The notes: generated from the sequence alone by a model not told the origin. 64,000 bases of DNA from Monocercomonoides exilis PA203 (GCA_001643675.2 LSRY02000047.1:248001-312000), one strand, 5' to 3'; positions 49,730-62,904 are shown, counted from the first letter of the stretch. Numbers and translations are program-made.

Positions 49730-50962
49730 GGGTTACACTTTTACCTCTGACCCTTTTTTTACCCCCACCCTTTTTTTTTGTGGAGCTGGCTACGGCTTAA
49801 TACAAGCTTGTAGCCAACAAAAAATAACTAGAAATGTTTATTTTAATAAATTTAACTTATACAGAAAAAATTTTTTAACAATTTTTTTTTAACTTTGAGA
49901 TCTCGGTATTTTTTAATTTTATTTTTTGATCATTAAATTGATGGTCTTTCCATGAATATAACATTCTGGAAGTTTTAAGCTACATCATCATAACACATCA
50001 TATCCTTTTTATTGTTTTTATAACTTTTCACATTTCACTTGTTTCTTTATCACGTGTTTTCTCATTTCATCGACTTTTCGACAAATTGAAAATTTTTAAA
50101 GAATGATGAATTTTTGTGAAAAATTTTAAGATTATTCTTAATATATGTTAGAATGTTAATTATGTTGATATACAAAAAAGTTTTACAAATTTGATGTTAA
50201 ATAAAAAAATGAAAAATATCATTTTCGGTAGTTTTGATTTTATTAGCCAGTAACATTTTTTCAGCAAAAAATGATATGTGTGTCCAACAATATATTGAGT
50301 TTAAAACGAGATACAGCTTGTAAAATTAAAATATTGTCTTTAAAACAATCAAAAATTTTCAATTTAGGTAATTCTTTTTGAAAAGTCGCAAATGTTTAAT
50401 TTTCAAATAAATCAAAATTTTTATATTTTGCTTAAATTTCTGTTTCCACTCATGAATCTTCTCATGAATGTCTGAATTATCATTATTAAGAAATGGATTT
50501 TATTTTTGTGAAGTTTGGTTTGTGTTAACAAAATTTTGAGCAAAATATGAAATATTTGATTTATTTGAAAATTAAACAGTTGCGACTTTTCAAAAATTAT
50601 TACCCATTTGTCGAAAAGTCGATGAAATAAGAAAACACGTGATAAAGAAACAAGTGAAATGTGAAAAGTTATAAAAACAATAAAAAGGATATGATGTGTT
50701 ATGATGATGTAGCTTAAAACTTCCAGAATGTTATATTCATGGAAAGACCATCAATTTAATGATCAAAAAATAAAATTAAAAAATACCGAGATCTCAAAGT
50801 TAAAAAAAAATTGTTAAAAAATTTTTTCTGTATAAGTTAAATTTATTAAAATAAACATTTCTAGTTATTTTTTGTTGGCTACAAGCTTGTATTAAGCCGT
50901 AGCCAGCTCCACAAAAAAAAAGGGTGGGGGTAAAAAAAGGGTCAGAGGTAAAAGTGTAACCC
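49730..50962. mobile_element. Foldback element family D, copy 2 (opposite orientation), carrying a nested family B MITE
   Basis: TA|gggttacacttttacc...ggtaaaagtgtaaccc|TA. Arms are homologous to 28437-29422, and the spacer 50095-50350 is the diverged reverse complement of 28800-29059. Confidence 0.92.
50366..50605. mobile_element. MITE family B copy nested in element D
   Basis: aggtaattctttttgaaaagtcgcaa...ttgcgacttttcaaaaattattaccc, 240 bp, with ATTT on both sides; homologous to 26702-26941. Confidence 0.88.
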
Positions 50963-51186
50963 TATCAAGACAAATCCAAAACTGAAGACTCATTTTTTAT
51001 TGCTGCTTAAAAATTTTTTCCTTGTTAAATATTCCTATTAATGAAACGCCTCTTAACAATTATGAAAATATCGTCAATGTTTAATTTTTTCTTTTCTTCT
51101 CTTTTCTTTTCATTTCATTTTGTAGTTGTCGTTTCAGTTAACATCGATTCTATTTGGTTTTATTTCTTCAAAAGAAAAAAAAATGT

Positions 51187-51238
51187 GTATGTATGTATGT
51201 ATGTATGTATGTATGTATGTATGTATGTATGTGTGTGT
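51187..51238. repeat. (GTAT)n microsatellite grading into (GT)n
   Basis: Read directly from the sequence. Confidence 0.9.
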
Positions 51239-51812
51239 GATTATTCTTGTATTAAAATAATTTTTTTGTTGAAAGTGTAATTTCAAGAATATTTTTTTGT
51301 GAGAATTTAATTTTTTCCACATTAAAATTTGAATGAATTTCATTTTACGAAAAACAAAGAAATGAAATCGAAATTTCACAAATAAATCGAAAAACAATTA
51401 ACTTGTTATTTCAAATTTTGTTAATATATTTTTGAATAAATTTTGAGAATTCCTTTGTTGAAAAAAAAAAATAAAAAATGTGAAAATTGACGCCTCAACA
51501 TAAGATAAAATTATAAAATCAAAAAAAATAAAGTGCCAATTGGTTCGCCCAAAGTTCTTCAATAATATCATTCAGTTTGAGACTTTTTTCGAAGTCATTT
51601 TGAAATGGAATCGAAAACTTATAAATCTATCGTATTTTTATGATTTTTTCTTAAAAAATAAAATATTGTGTATATTCTGTCCCAATAACTTGTTTGAATA
51701 CAACAAAAAAGTTTCAAATGCTCAAAAAGATATTAATTACGAAAACTATCATTTTCAATCAAAAACAATTGAAGAATCTAATAAACTTATAGGAATATTG
51801 ATCATAAAAAGA

Positions 51813-54359
51813 ATGCTTTCAAAATTGCTATTATTTCTAGCATTAAATGCCATGCTTCATGGAGAAGCTCAAGAATTTTCTGTCGATGTTAATATATACA
51901 TGAAGAAAGTCGGAAATTTACAAGCTTCTCATGACGGAAGCGTTTGCATTTATTTTTGTTTTAAATGTAACATTCTTTCAGAAAATTGCATTTGTTGCAA
52001 GAAAATTGGACGAAAACACGCATAAAAAGCACGCAGTGCTTTATGTTCAAAAAGTTAATGATGCAAATCCAACTGCCGTGATGGAAAATGAGGCATTCAG
52101 CGTAACTGAATTTTCTTGGGGACCAGATGGAGATTCCATTGCATTTCTACAATCTGAAGATCCTAAATCCATTTATCTATATACGATTTCCAATTCAAAA
52201 TTTGAAAAGAAAGCTAGTTTCCCACTACCAATTGGTAACATTCGATGGAGCAACAAAGGCGGAATAATCGTATTTTCAGCTTCTGTCTATCCTGGCATGA
52301 CGATGCAGCAAACTGTAGATTATCAAACACAGCGTGACGCTTACGGATCAGATGCAATTGTTTTTGATAATTCACCATTATATTCGTGGGATCATTTTAT
52401 AAAGGTCGGATTAATTTTCAAGCAAACAAATACAATCCTTTTTATTATTTATTTATTATTTATTTATTTATTTACGCAGGGAGATTATAACCATTTGTTC
52501 TACATAACAGTAAATACGAATGAGATGACATTTGGAGATGAGGCGACAGATATAATGAATAAATTTGAAGGAGAATGCCCCGAAGAATCATTTGGATCTT
52601 ACAGTGATTTTGATATATCCGCAAATGACGACATGATTGTATATTCAACTCAGCCAGAGGCTGTTGAGCCATGGTCTGTTCGAAAGCATGTGTATGCATA
52701 TTCAATTACCGCGAAGAACCAAGTCAAGACAGATGCAACGTGCCTGACATGCGGAAGAACTGGAATGCATACAAATCCAACTTTTTCGCCAACAGGAAGA
52801 TATGTCGCGATGTTGGAGACGACAGACGATTATGCGGAATCTGAATATGCGAAAGTGCTTTTGTTCGACTTGTTCACAAAGGAAACAAAGAAGTTCTTGG
52901 AGAAATGGGACGAGATGCCAAATGGCATTCATTGGAGCTCTCATCTCCCTGGAACCATTTTGGTGACAGCTAGCTCAAGGGGAAGAGGTTTGATGATGGA
53001 AGGAAAATAACAAATGAATATAATGTTTTGTCTGAAGTTATTTTTATTATGGAAAACAATTAACAAAGTTTATATAATCCATTCAATTCGGTTTTGCGTT
53101 CAACATTTTGTGTAATTTAATTTTATTTAACACTTCTTTTGCTTTTTTAATTTATTTATTTCGAATATTCAGGAAGGGTTTTCTCTCTGGACATCGCAAC
53201 CGGCAAGATTGATGCCAGCAACGATGCCTTCTCCGTCAGCAGCTGCCAAATGATCGACAAAAAGCGGATGGTTTACTTGAAGTCTTCCTTCACGCACCCG
53301 ACGGATGTTTTCATTGGCAATCTTGTGAAAGGCGAAGACGGGCTGAAGGAGACCCAGCTGACGAACATGAACAAGGAAGTGCTGGAATCCCTCGCCACTC
53401 CGCTGATTGAGCCTGTAGAGGAGTTCTACGAAGGCGCACTGAAGGAGAAAGGGAAAGTGCAAGGATGGTACTTCCCTCCAAAGGGAAGGAAAGAAGGTGA
53501 CGGGAAGAAGTACCCGCTTCTTGTGTGGATCCACGGAGGTCCAGAGGGATCGTGGGATTCGTCGTGGTCAGACAGATGGAATCCGGAATGCTTCCTGATG
53601 CAGACAGACCATGCAATGTTCCTGCCGAACATCCGCGGGTCGACTGGGTTTGGAGAAGAATTCACAAAGCAGATCAGAGGGAACTGGGCAACACATGCAC
53701 TGACAGATGTAATTGAAGGACGAAAGTACATTTTGCAAAAGTACAACTATCTCGAGCCGAAGAAGACAGCAGCGATGGGAGGCTCCTTTGGAGGATACAT
53801 GGTGAACTTGCTCCAGTCCCAGGACTCCACGCAGGATAAAGAGAAAAGCAAAAACCCATTCGCAGCTCTGGTTTGCCACGATGGAGTGTATGATCTGCCG
53901 CAGCTGGCATATGAGGGCGATTCATTCTTCATGCTTCCCTGTGAGTTTGGCAAGACTGTTTGGGAAGACCGTGCTGTGTATGAGAAGCACTCTCCCTCAC
54001 ATGGCCCAGGTGCAGGAAAATGGTCAACCCCGCAGCTGACGTTCCACGGGCTGAAGGATTACAGATGTGCAAAGGGGCAAGGAATAGGTGTGTTCACCGT
54101 GCTGCAGAGAGTTGGGTGCCCTTCACGGTTGGTACTGTTCCCAGAGGAGAATCACTGGGTAGTGAACCCGTACAACTCGGTGGAGTGGCATAAGGAGGCG
54201 CTTGAGTGGTTGAAGAAGTATCTGAGCAACAAGGAGGTGGAGGCGACATGGGAAAGGAATGCGAAGATGGCGGAGAAAACAAGCAGTGTTACAGAAAATT
54301 CAAACGATACTTCTGAAGTTGCAAAGGATGCTGATTTGCCGATAATGGATGAACTGTAA
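51813..54359 (+). CDS. Secreted S9C-family prolyl oligopeptidase (dipeptidyl-peptidase V-like), 4 exons
   Basis: Signal-like MLSKLLLFLALNAMLHGEA. Propeller motifs FSWGPDG and PTFSPTGRY. KYPLLVWIHGGPEGSW, NIRGSTGFG, GGSFGG (Ser), HGLKDYRC (Asp) and FPEENHW (His). Introns 51942-51981, 52405-52479 and 52988-53172. Confidence 0.9.
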
Positions 54360-55397
54360 AGTTAATGATGAAAAATACATTATTTGGAGCATTAATGCTT
54401 AAGAGTGTTTTTTTTTAACTTTATGTTTGCGTTTGCTAAGAAGGGAATATGGAAAGAAAAGAATGAGAAAGGTATAATAGAACAATTGAAGAAAAATTTC
54501 ATGATTCAGGGTGATTTTTTTACTAACTGTATTTTTTATTTTTTTTCAAAAAGCTAGTTTTGATTATTAAAAAGAAAAAGTTAATTTATTTTTAACTCCC
54601 TTTTATGAAAAATCTACTTCTTTCAAACTATTTTGGATTGATTTCTCGTGGTAAAAACTGTTTCTCCTGCTTTTTACAAAGATTTTTTCATTTCCCTTTT
54701 AACTTTCCATTTCGTTTATTTCGTTTGACGAAAGAGAGGACACATTCACACATTTTCACAATACATTAAATATAATTAAAAAGGCTTTTTCATTTTTTCA
54801 CAATAAATAATAATCCAAAAAGAATGAAAATTTGATCGGATTTTGAAGAAGATTTTCCTTTATTTCATTTGAGAAATTCCTCATTCACTAATTAAGAACA
54901 GATTTATTTTTCATAAATATTCGAAAAAAGAAATGGATAAGAACAATTCATGTTATTTCCGTTTTCCCCTTTCTTCGTTGATTTGCTTCCTTTCTTGTCT
55001 TTAGCTTCTTAAAAACAAGGAAAATTTTTCTTTGTGGAATTACATAATGTTGAATAAAAAGATGTTAATTTCTCAACAGAACATGACAATGAAATGCATT
55101 TTATGAATAATGAAATTCCCTTCAAAAAAATAAAGAAAATACAATTTTCTGTTTAAAAATACTTTATGGGGGTGATTAAAAGCTTTATGGAACAAAAGAA
55201 TGAAACGAGTGGTGAAAACGTGTTCAAATGAAACGTAAACAGCCTGCAAACACTCAAAAAAACAAAGTATTTTCATACAAACATTGCTCACACTCATTAA
55301 TATATCATCCAATAAAATACAAAATGAACAGGAAAATAAGAAAAAAAAGGGGAAGGGAAAAAGTCTTCCTCTTCTATTTGTTTATTAATTTGTTTGT

Positions 55398-58300
55398 TTA
55401 TGGCCAGAGTCCATCATCATCATCACCAAATACATCACCCGCTCCTCTTTTCCCTTCTCTCCCTTCGCTCTCTTCCTCATCCACTGTGCCCATGTTCAAG
55501 CTCTCCACATCATCCGCATTCGAAAACAGATCCTTCGCACGCTTCGCCGTCTGCCTTAAGTTCTTCATCATCGAAGGTGGATTGCTCACGCACCCTTCTG
55601 AAACAGACAGAAGAGTCGACAATGTGTCAAAGGCAAGAAGCTGGTGCGTTGGTGATGGTGCAAGTTTGGAGTTAGAACTGAAAGATTGAAGGGGGGAAAA
55701 AAAGATTGTTAAATTTATTTTATTTTTATTGGGAAATGCAAAGAATAAATAAAATATTAAAAAAAAAAAAAATCCAAATAAAAAATCAAAAATAAAAAAT
55801 TCAAATTTCTGAATGAAAAAAGAGATGTTGCATACAGCATATTCCCGAAGCTTATGCAAATGTCTGTGACAAGCTTCAGATCCGAAAGCCCAAAGTCTGT
55901 TATGATCTGTAAAAGAAGTGGGATAATTCCATTTTTCCTTTCATCTTCTTCCTCTTCCTCTTCCTCCTCTTCCTCCTCTTTCTTTTCTTCTCCTCCAACC
56001 GAATTCTCTAACTCTCTTCTTCGATCATTGAAATTGCTTGAAACATTCCCCTTTTCTTCTCTCACTTTATGTGCTTTCCATTCCATCAGCGCATCTGCTC
56101 CTTCAGCTGACTGCGATAAGTGCGACAGGCAAACAACTGCATTGTCTAAGACTTCTGTATTGGTGTGTGACAGAAGCTTCACATAAACGTCTAATATTTC
56201 TGTTACAATGGGAAAAAAAAGATTGCATTCAAATAAAATAAAATAAAGTTTGCAAAAAGAAAAATTGAAAGTTCAAATTGGAAAAAATTCAATTTCAAAG
56301 AGAATATCATTTTTTTAAAAAGAAAAATGTTTCGTGTTTTGCAACTTTCAAATTTTATTTTTCTTTTTTTTCATTCCAAGACATTTTCATCAAATAATTT
56401 CAAACTACAAACCTTTTGATTGATATTGGCTTCTCTGAATTTCATTCACTTTTGTCAAACTTGTCATCAATTCTGTTGATTCCATCACAATTTCTGGTTT
56501 GCCTTCATACAAAGCCAGTTCTCTGATAACAGAATTTGCAAAGGAAATAAGAAGCGAAAGAGAAAGAGAAGAAGCGTGAGGTGTTAAAAGAGATGCTGCT
56601 GTGAAAGAAGAAGAAGAAGAAGATTGAGAAGAAGAAGAATTAGTTGTTGTTGCTGATGATGATGATAAGGATGAAGATAAAGCTGATGAAAAAGCACCAA
56701 ATGAAGACAGATCAGAAGACAGCAATGAAGTGACAAACAACATCTGATTGGATGAATAATCTTTTTCCTTCAGCAAATTCGTCAGCAAAAACATAAACAC
56801 CAACAGAAATCCTTCTTCTTCTTTTCTAAACATTCGTTTTTTCTCTTCTTTTCCTTTCTCCTCTTCATTTTTCACTTCTCCTTTTTGAGTTTTCCCTTTC
56901 TCATTCTTTTTCAACTTAGCCATTTTCAACATTTTATCAGCAAAACTTACGAGTCTAATCATTTCCATTCGTGAACACATTTCCTTTCTGGCAGTTCTTT
57001 CTCGGCTGAGCTGCGAGCAAACAGAAACACACCTCGTCAGAAACTCCAGCTCCTCAACTGAATAAAAAGATGAATGAATGGAAAATTGAATATTTTGCTG
57101 AATATGCTGTTGCATTGATAAATTCTTTGTTTTTTCTCCGTTTTCTCCGTTTTCACTCTTGTCAATAATATTGCCTTTCTTTTCCAAACAATGCAAAATA
57201 ACATCCAAAATCTTCAAAAGAGGAGGAAGAAGGCCGAATCGAACCCAAACACGACGATAATCGTTGTTTGTGGAAGGAAGCACGCTGCCTGTTAGGTTAG
57301 ACACAGCACTCAGCAGATGTTGTGTGGAGGTGATGAGCTCTGGTTCAACGGAGATTCCAAATAATGAGGATGAGGATGAGGATGAAGAAGAAGAAGATGT
57401 TGTTGTTGTTGAAGAAGAAGAAGATGATGATGTATTTGAAGCAGAAATAGCTTTTAAAGCAGTCTGCATAACACTTGCCACATTTTCCAACTGTAGCACA
57501 ATGCTCTTCTGAATCAAAAATTCATCCTCTCCCACTCTGTTTTCTTCAAACACAGCTTTCGTTTTATCTCCAAAACTTCCAATTTTCTTATCAACCTCTT
57601 CTTTTCCTTCTTTTCCTTCTTTTCCTTCTTTTCCTTCTTTTTCCTCCATTTTTCTCAAAGCACGTTTTTGCCGGCGCTTATTTTGAAGCAAAGAAGCAGA
57701 TTGGGGTAATACTGACATGCGGAATAACACAACTGAAATGTTTAAGGTGACGAATTTGTTGTTTAAGGATAAGAAAAGAGGAAGATGTGAAGTGAAAAGT
57801 AGAAGAAGACGGGGGAGAGGAGGAAGAGGAAGCTGAAGATGCGAATGATGAGAGGGATTTGATCTTGATGATGAATTGTTCATTGAAGTATTCATGCCAA
57901 TGGAAGGAATGGAGGTGAAAGAAGAAGGAGGGAGAGGGGCAGAGGAGGAAGAGAAGGAAGAAGAAGAAGAAGGTTGAAGATTCTCTGTCACAGAAAAGGC
58001 AGATAAAGGCATAAGAGAAAGAGGAACAGAAAGAGAAGAAGAGGAGGAAGAGGAAGAGGAAGAAGGAGACGAAGAAGAAAGAGGGGCAGACGCACCAGTA
58101 GCGCTTGGAGAAGTCGGGGCAGCATGCGCAGACGAATAAGCATTGTAAAAGGCAGTTGTGGACTGAGGAGGCTGCGAAGGCGAGTGAGAGCCAGAAGAAT
58201 GCGAATAGTAGTAGTTGTAGTGGTCGGGTGACAGAGAACGGTTTCTGCTGCCGTTTTTGCTGTCTTCGTTCAGCTCATCCAGAAATCGGTCATCAGGTAT

Positions 58301-61300
58301 CAGAAGTGAGGTGGTTGAAGTAGAAGAAGAAGAGGAAGAAGAGAAGGAAGAAGAAGAGGAAGAAGAAGATGAACCTTGAAAAGCTCCTCCATTTGAAACA
58401 TCTCCTTCATCTCCCACATCTTCCCCCAATGCCAATCTCAGCAGGTCCTTTCTCTCTTTCCTCTTCTGCGCTGAACGAGAAGCTGTTGACTTCACAGAAA
58501 GACGGCTGGCGCGCTCTTCTTTGTCATCAATGTTGCCTTTTTCACTGGAACTCCTGTCAAATTCACTGGAAGGCAGCAAATGTGAGGATGGATTGCTGTT
58601 AAGGCGAAGATGCTGACTCGGATTGAGGTTGAGGTTGAGGTTGCTCAAGTTATCTGTGACAACTTCAGCTTCTTCCAATTCTTCGTCTTCTTCGTCATCA
58701 TCGTTGTCTTCTTCTTCGTCTTCGTCTTCGTCCTCTGCAAATCTTTCTTCTTCTTCTTCTTCCGCTTCTTCTCCTTCTGGGCCTGATCCTTTCCCTCTTT
58801 CTGATTTAATATTGTCATCATCATCTTCTTCATCTTCATCTTCATCTTCTTCGCCTTTTGTAACATGCATTTTTTTATTATCTCTTTTTGAAGAATTCTT
58901 CGTTTCTTCTTTTTCTTCTTCTTCAACACCTTCACCTTTTCCCATCTTCCTCTTCCCTTTCTCATTCCCTTCTTCATTCCCTTCTCCCTTCTTCCTCTTC
59001 ATTTCCCTCTCCCTCTTCTTCTCCTCTTCCTTCTCCTTCTCATATTCCTCCTCTTCTTCCAGCGCAAATGTCGTCAGCCAATACGGCAGGGCTGTTGAGA
59101 AATCAGAAGAAACATTTTTGACAAGTGAAGTGAAATGAATGACAAGACATGTCAAAATCGCTGGCTCATTTGACAGGAACTCAATCAGAGGCGTCGAGGA
59201 AGCAGAACGAGAGGCAAAAGATGAAGGAACAGAAGAAGAAGAAGAAGAATTGATAGCTTGATCAGATGATTGTGATTGTGAAACACTAAGAATCAAAGAT
59301 CCAGGAAATGAATCTTTCCCATTCTCTTTCTCTCCCCCATTTTCTTTCCCTTTCTTTTTTTCATTCCACCTCACCACCGCAGGCACCAGCACTCCCTCCG
59401 CCAGCGCTGCCAATGACTCCATCCCACCCCCAACAGCAACCGCATGGCAGTTCTCAGCCGACGTCTGTGTGAAGTTCCTAAGCGCTGCCAGCACATAAAG
59501 CAGCAGATCTGCTCTTTCTGCCGAGTAATGCGGAAGCTCCAGCAGCTGTCGAAGCGGAGCCAGAAGGTGCTCCTCGGCAAAAAGCTTGTCGTTTGCCTGG
59601 CTGGTTGACTGGAGAAAGACTGCACACGCAATGAGAGAGAGATACGCACTGGGCGGATGGGACTCGATAGCCACAGACGCAGCTCGCAGAACGATGCGGC
59701 TGAGCTCAGTTGAGTTGAAGGTGTCGGAGTCGGGCGAGTGGGGGAAGTGCTTGGTGGTGGGGAGGGAGGTGAAGGAAGCGGAGGAAGAAAGAATTGGGGT
59801 TGAAGAAGAAGAAGTAGTAGTAGTAGAAACTGCTGCTGAAGTTGTGAGTGCAGATGTAGGAACCCATCCGTTGAGGAACAGAAGCGGTGCAATGAAGCGT
59901 TCAAGCGCTGCAAACGGGAAGCAGCCAGCCTGTTTTGCCATCGCGTCCTTCAGTTTGCCCAGCGCCTCCAGACATTTTCGGCCGGCTGTGCGGGAGACGA
60001 CGATGGGCGGAAGAGAAGGCCTTGAACTTCTGGCTTTGGACTCAGTTGGATTGGTATTAACATTCACATTCACATTCACATTAGCATTTGCATTAATGTT
60101 TGTATTTGTATTTGTATTTGCATTCATTTTTGTGCTTGACTGAGTTTTCCCTTCATTTTCTGCTCCTTCTTTTGCCTCTTCGCTGTCTCCGTTGTTTGTT
60201 CTGTAGAGCACCTTCATCCATTCTGCAGGGAGCAGATGAAACACCTCAGCATTCGCAAAACAGGAGCGGAAAAGGGCAGAAGCAGTTGGGGACAGGAGAA
60301 TCCCGCGGGTAGTTGGTGAAGTGGGTGCTGAAAGAGTAGGAGAATTAGAATTAGAAGAGGAAGAAGAGGAAGAAGATGGCGATGAGGGTGAAAGCGTGTA
60401 GTCACTCGAACCTTCAATGTTCTTTTTAGCTGGAGGTGTCTGTGGAGCTTGTGAAACAGCAGAAGAAGAAGAAGAAGAAGAAGCTCCTCCGCTGCTCTGC
60501 ACCACAACCGGCGCAAATGAGGACTGCGAATGGGACGGCGAGAGAGACGGTGAAGTTAGCAGCTGTGACATAGAGATAGATATAGGCAGTGTCAGCGACG
60601 ACGGCGAGGACGGTGAGAGAGGAGGGGTAATCGGGAGCCCGTCGCAGATCTTGTCCTCCAGCAGGTGCTGGTGCTTATAGACCACCCCGTTGTACTTCGG
60701 AGGCGACACGGCCACAGGCACACGGGCGCTGCGCACAGCGACTGGGGCAGACGAGAATGAGTAGTCTCCTTCCTCCTCGTCGTCGTCATCGCCTTCGTTG
60801 GCAGCATTGGATTCGTTGTCTTCTTCGCTCGAGTTGGCAGATAAATGCCTGCTGGAGGTGCGGTTCATCGCCCTTCGGCTTCTGTTGCTGCGAAGACTGC
60901 CGTCGTTGCTGCAGCTGCAGCTGTTGCTGTTGCTGTCACTCGTATCGCTTTCGTCTCGAGGAGACATTCCTCTCTGCGGAGATGGAGATAAAGACGATTG
61001 ACGTTTGAACTTTACCGGGGTAACAAGAGATGAGACATTGGTATCAGCTGTCATTGACAAAGATCGACTTTGCATTGGCGACGCTGAATCCGACTGAGCT
61101 GGAAAAGCAGAAGGAAGCAAAGTTGTAGATGGACCCAAGCGCAGCACTGCTGATGATTGGGGGGTTCTGTCGTTTCTAATTCTTGTTAACGTGGAATGTT
61201 TTGAAGAAGGAGGAGAAGTTGTTGAAGAAGACAAAGATTTTCCTGATAACACAGGCGGAGCATGTTTGCTTCCTTGAGAAGATGTTCGATACAAATGTGT

Positions 61301-61716
61301 TGCTTCTGTTGGTTTTAGTCGAACAGAATTTGTAGGTAATCGATCAGATAGAGTTATCACAGGAACGGAATTGGTCATTTGCCCTCGAGGAGATAAAGAT
61401 TGAGCATTTGAATAAAAAGTATGTGGTAATAGAGATGCTAGCGAAGGAAGGAAATTTTCAATTTCTGGTGATACATTCAATCTTGCATTGTAAAAAGGCG
61501 AATCAAAAGGAAGCGGAAAATGCAGCTTTCTATTCCAAAACACACATAATAAGAAAAAAGCAAAAAATTATTTTCATTTGAACAATTTTGTAATAAAAGA
61601 TAATTTCAACAAAACTGTTTGCCTTTGTTGGAAAAAAACTTTCCAGAAGGCCCGAAAAGCGAGCGTGACGTTTCTCTGTGAGAAAAATTTTTCAATAAGT
61701 CTTTGTTCTCTTGCAT
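55398..61716 (-). CDS. ARMC2: ARMC2-like armadillo-repeat protein with long low-complexity insertions, 4 exons
   Basis: Introns 61615-61530, 56412-56200 and 55835-55678 join in frame. Segments CAVFLQSTSQANDKLF.EE.LL..L..LL, LLYVLAALRNF, VTLNISVVLFRMS, VSNLT...NN..R and VKLLSH...EVLDNAVVCLSHLS...GIIPLLL.IITDFGLSDLKL...IC..FGN follow the order of ARMC2 motifs as recalled. Confidence 0.7.
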
Positions 61717-62599
61717 AAAAAGTAAAAAGAATTGTGTTCTGTCTTGAGAAAAACTTTGATAAAAAACGGAGTTTGACTTAAAAATATTAAATATGTTATT
61801 TTTGATCTTCGAAAAAGTTATTAATCAAATATTTTCAAATTTTATTTGTCCTGAGTGATAAACTTTTATTCAACTTGAATTTTTCGATTACTGAAGAATG
61901 TTATAAAAAGTCATTTTGCAAAAAAAAAATATCACGAAATTTAAAGATAGTAATTAATTATTATCAATAATAAATTATATTTACCTCTTTTAAAAATAAA
62001 AAAGGTATATAACTGTAAACCTGTGTCATACTGTGACCATTTACAGACAAATTTGGCTTCCTGACGAACCGAGAGATAATTTTCACGTCAAAACCCCAAT
62101 TATGAAAACAATAATTTAAAATGCTAATATTGCATCATATTAATTCAAATAAGCGAATAATAAGAATTTGATTTTCAAAAATGATATTGACAAAAAGTCA
62201 AAATTGGAATTTTTGAACGCCGGACCGTTAGGGATGTCAGTGACTAAAATGGAACCAAAATCTGGTTGGAAAGTTTTTTTGTTTTATTTTTGAAACAAAG
62301 TGAAGTACGAAAAATAATAAAATGATAAAAATTAATATAAATTGATTTGTATAACGAGAATTCTAAAAATCAGTAAAAATAATATAATATTTTAAAAAAT
62401 CATAACTGATATGGATTCACAATTTCTGATTGACGTTTCAAAATATTTTTATTTCTGAAACACATGTTTAAATCATAGTGGAAAAAATAAAAAATATCTG
62501 ACTTTTTCGTATTATGATTTCAATTTCACTGACATGATAGCCTAACTCTTAATTTTCACTCTTCAGTGATATCCATCACTTATCATTCAAATATTACAA

Positions 62600-62830
62600 A
62601 ATTTTTTTAAAAAGTTCCTTTTGTTTAATTTTTTTAATAAAGAAAAATTTCATATTTCGATAAATTTTCTGTTTCCACTCACGAAACTTCACTAAAATGG
62701 AAATATAAACGTTGTCTAGATTTTGCTTTCATGACAGCGAAATTTGGTGAGTGGGAACAGAAATTTGATCGAAATATGAAATTTTAATTTTATTTGAAAA
62801 TTAAACAAAATGAACCTTTCAAAATAATTT
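62600..62830. mobile_element. Degraded family B-related MITE
   Basis: aatttcatatttcgataaattttctgtttccactcac pairs with gtgagtgggaacagaaatttgatcgaaatatgaaatt. It shares tttctgtttcc.ctca and tttatttgaaaattaaaca with family B; the termini are eroded. Confidence 0.6.
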
Positions 62831-62904
62831 AGACATATGGTGAACTTTCTCCAAAATTGTTTAGTTGCTAATTCGAAACAAACTTTATTGAGTGTTCTGA
62901 AACA

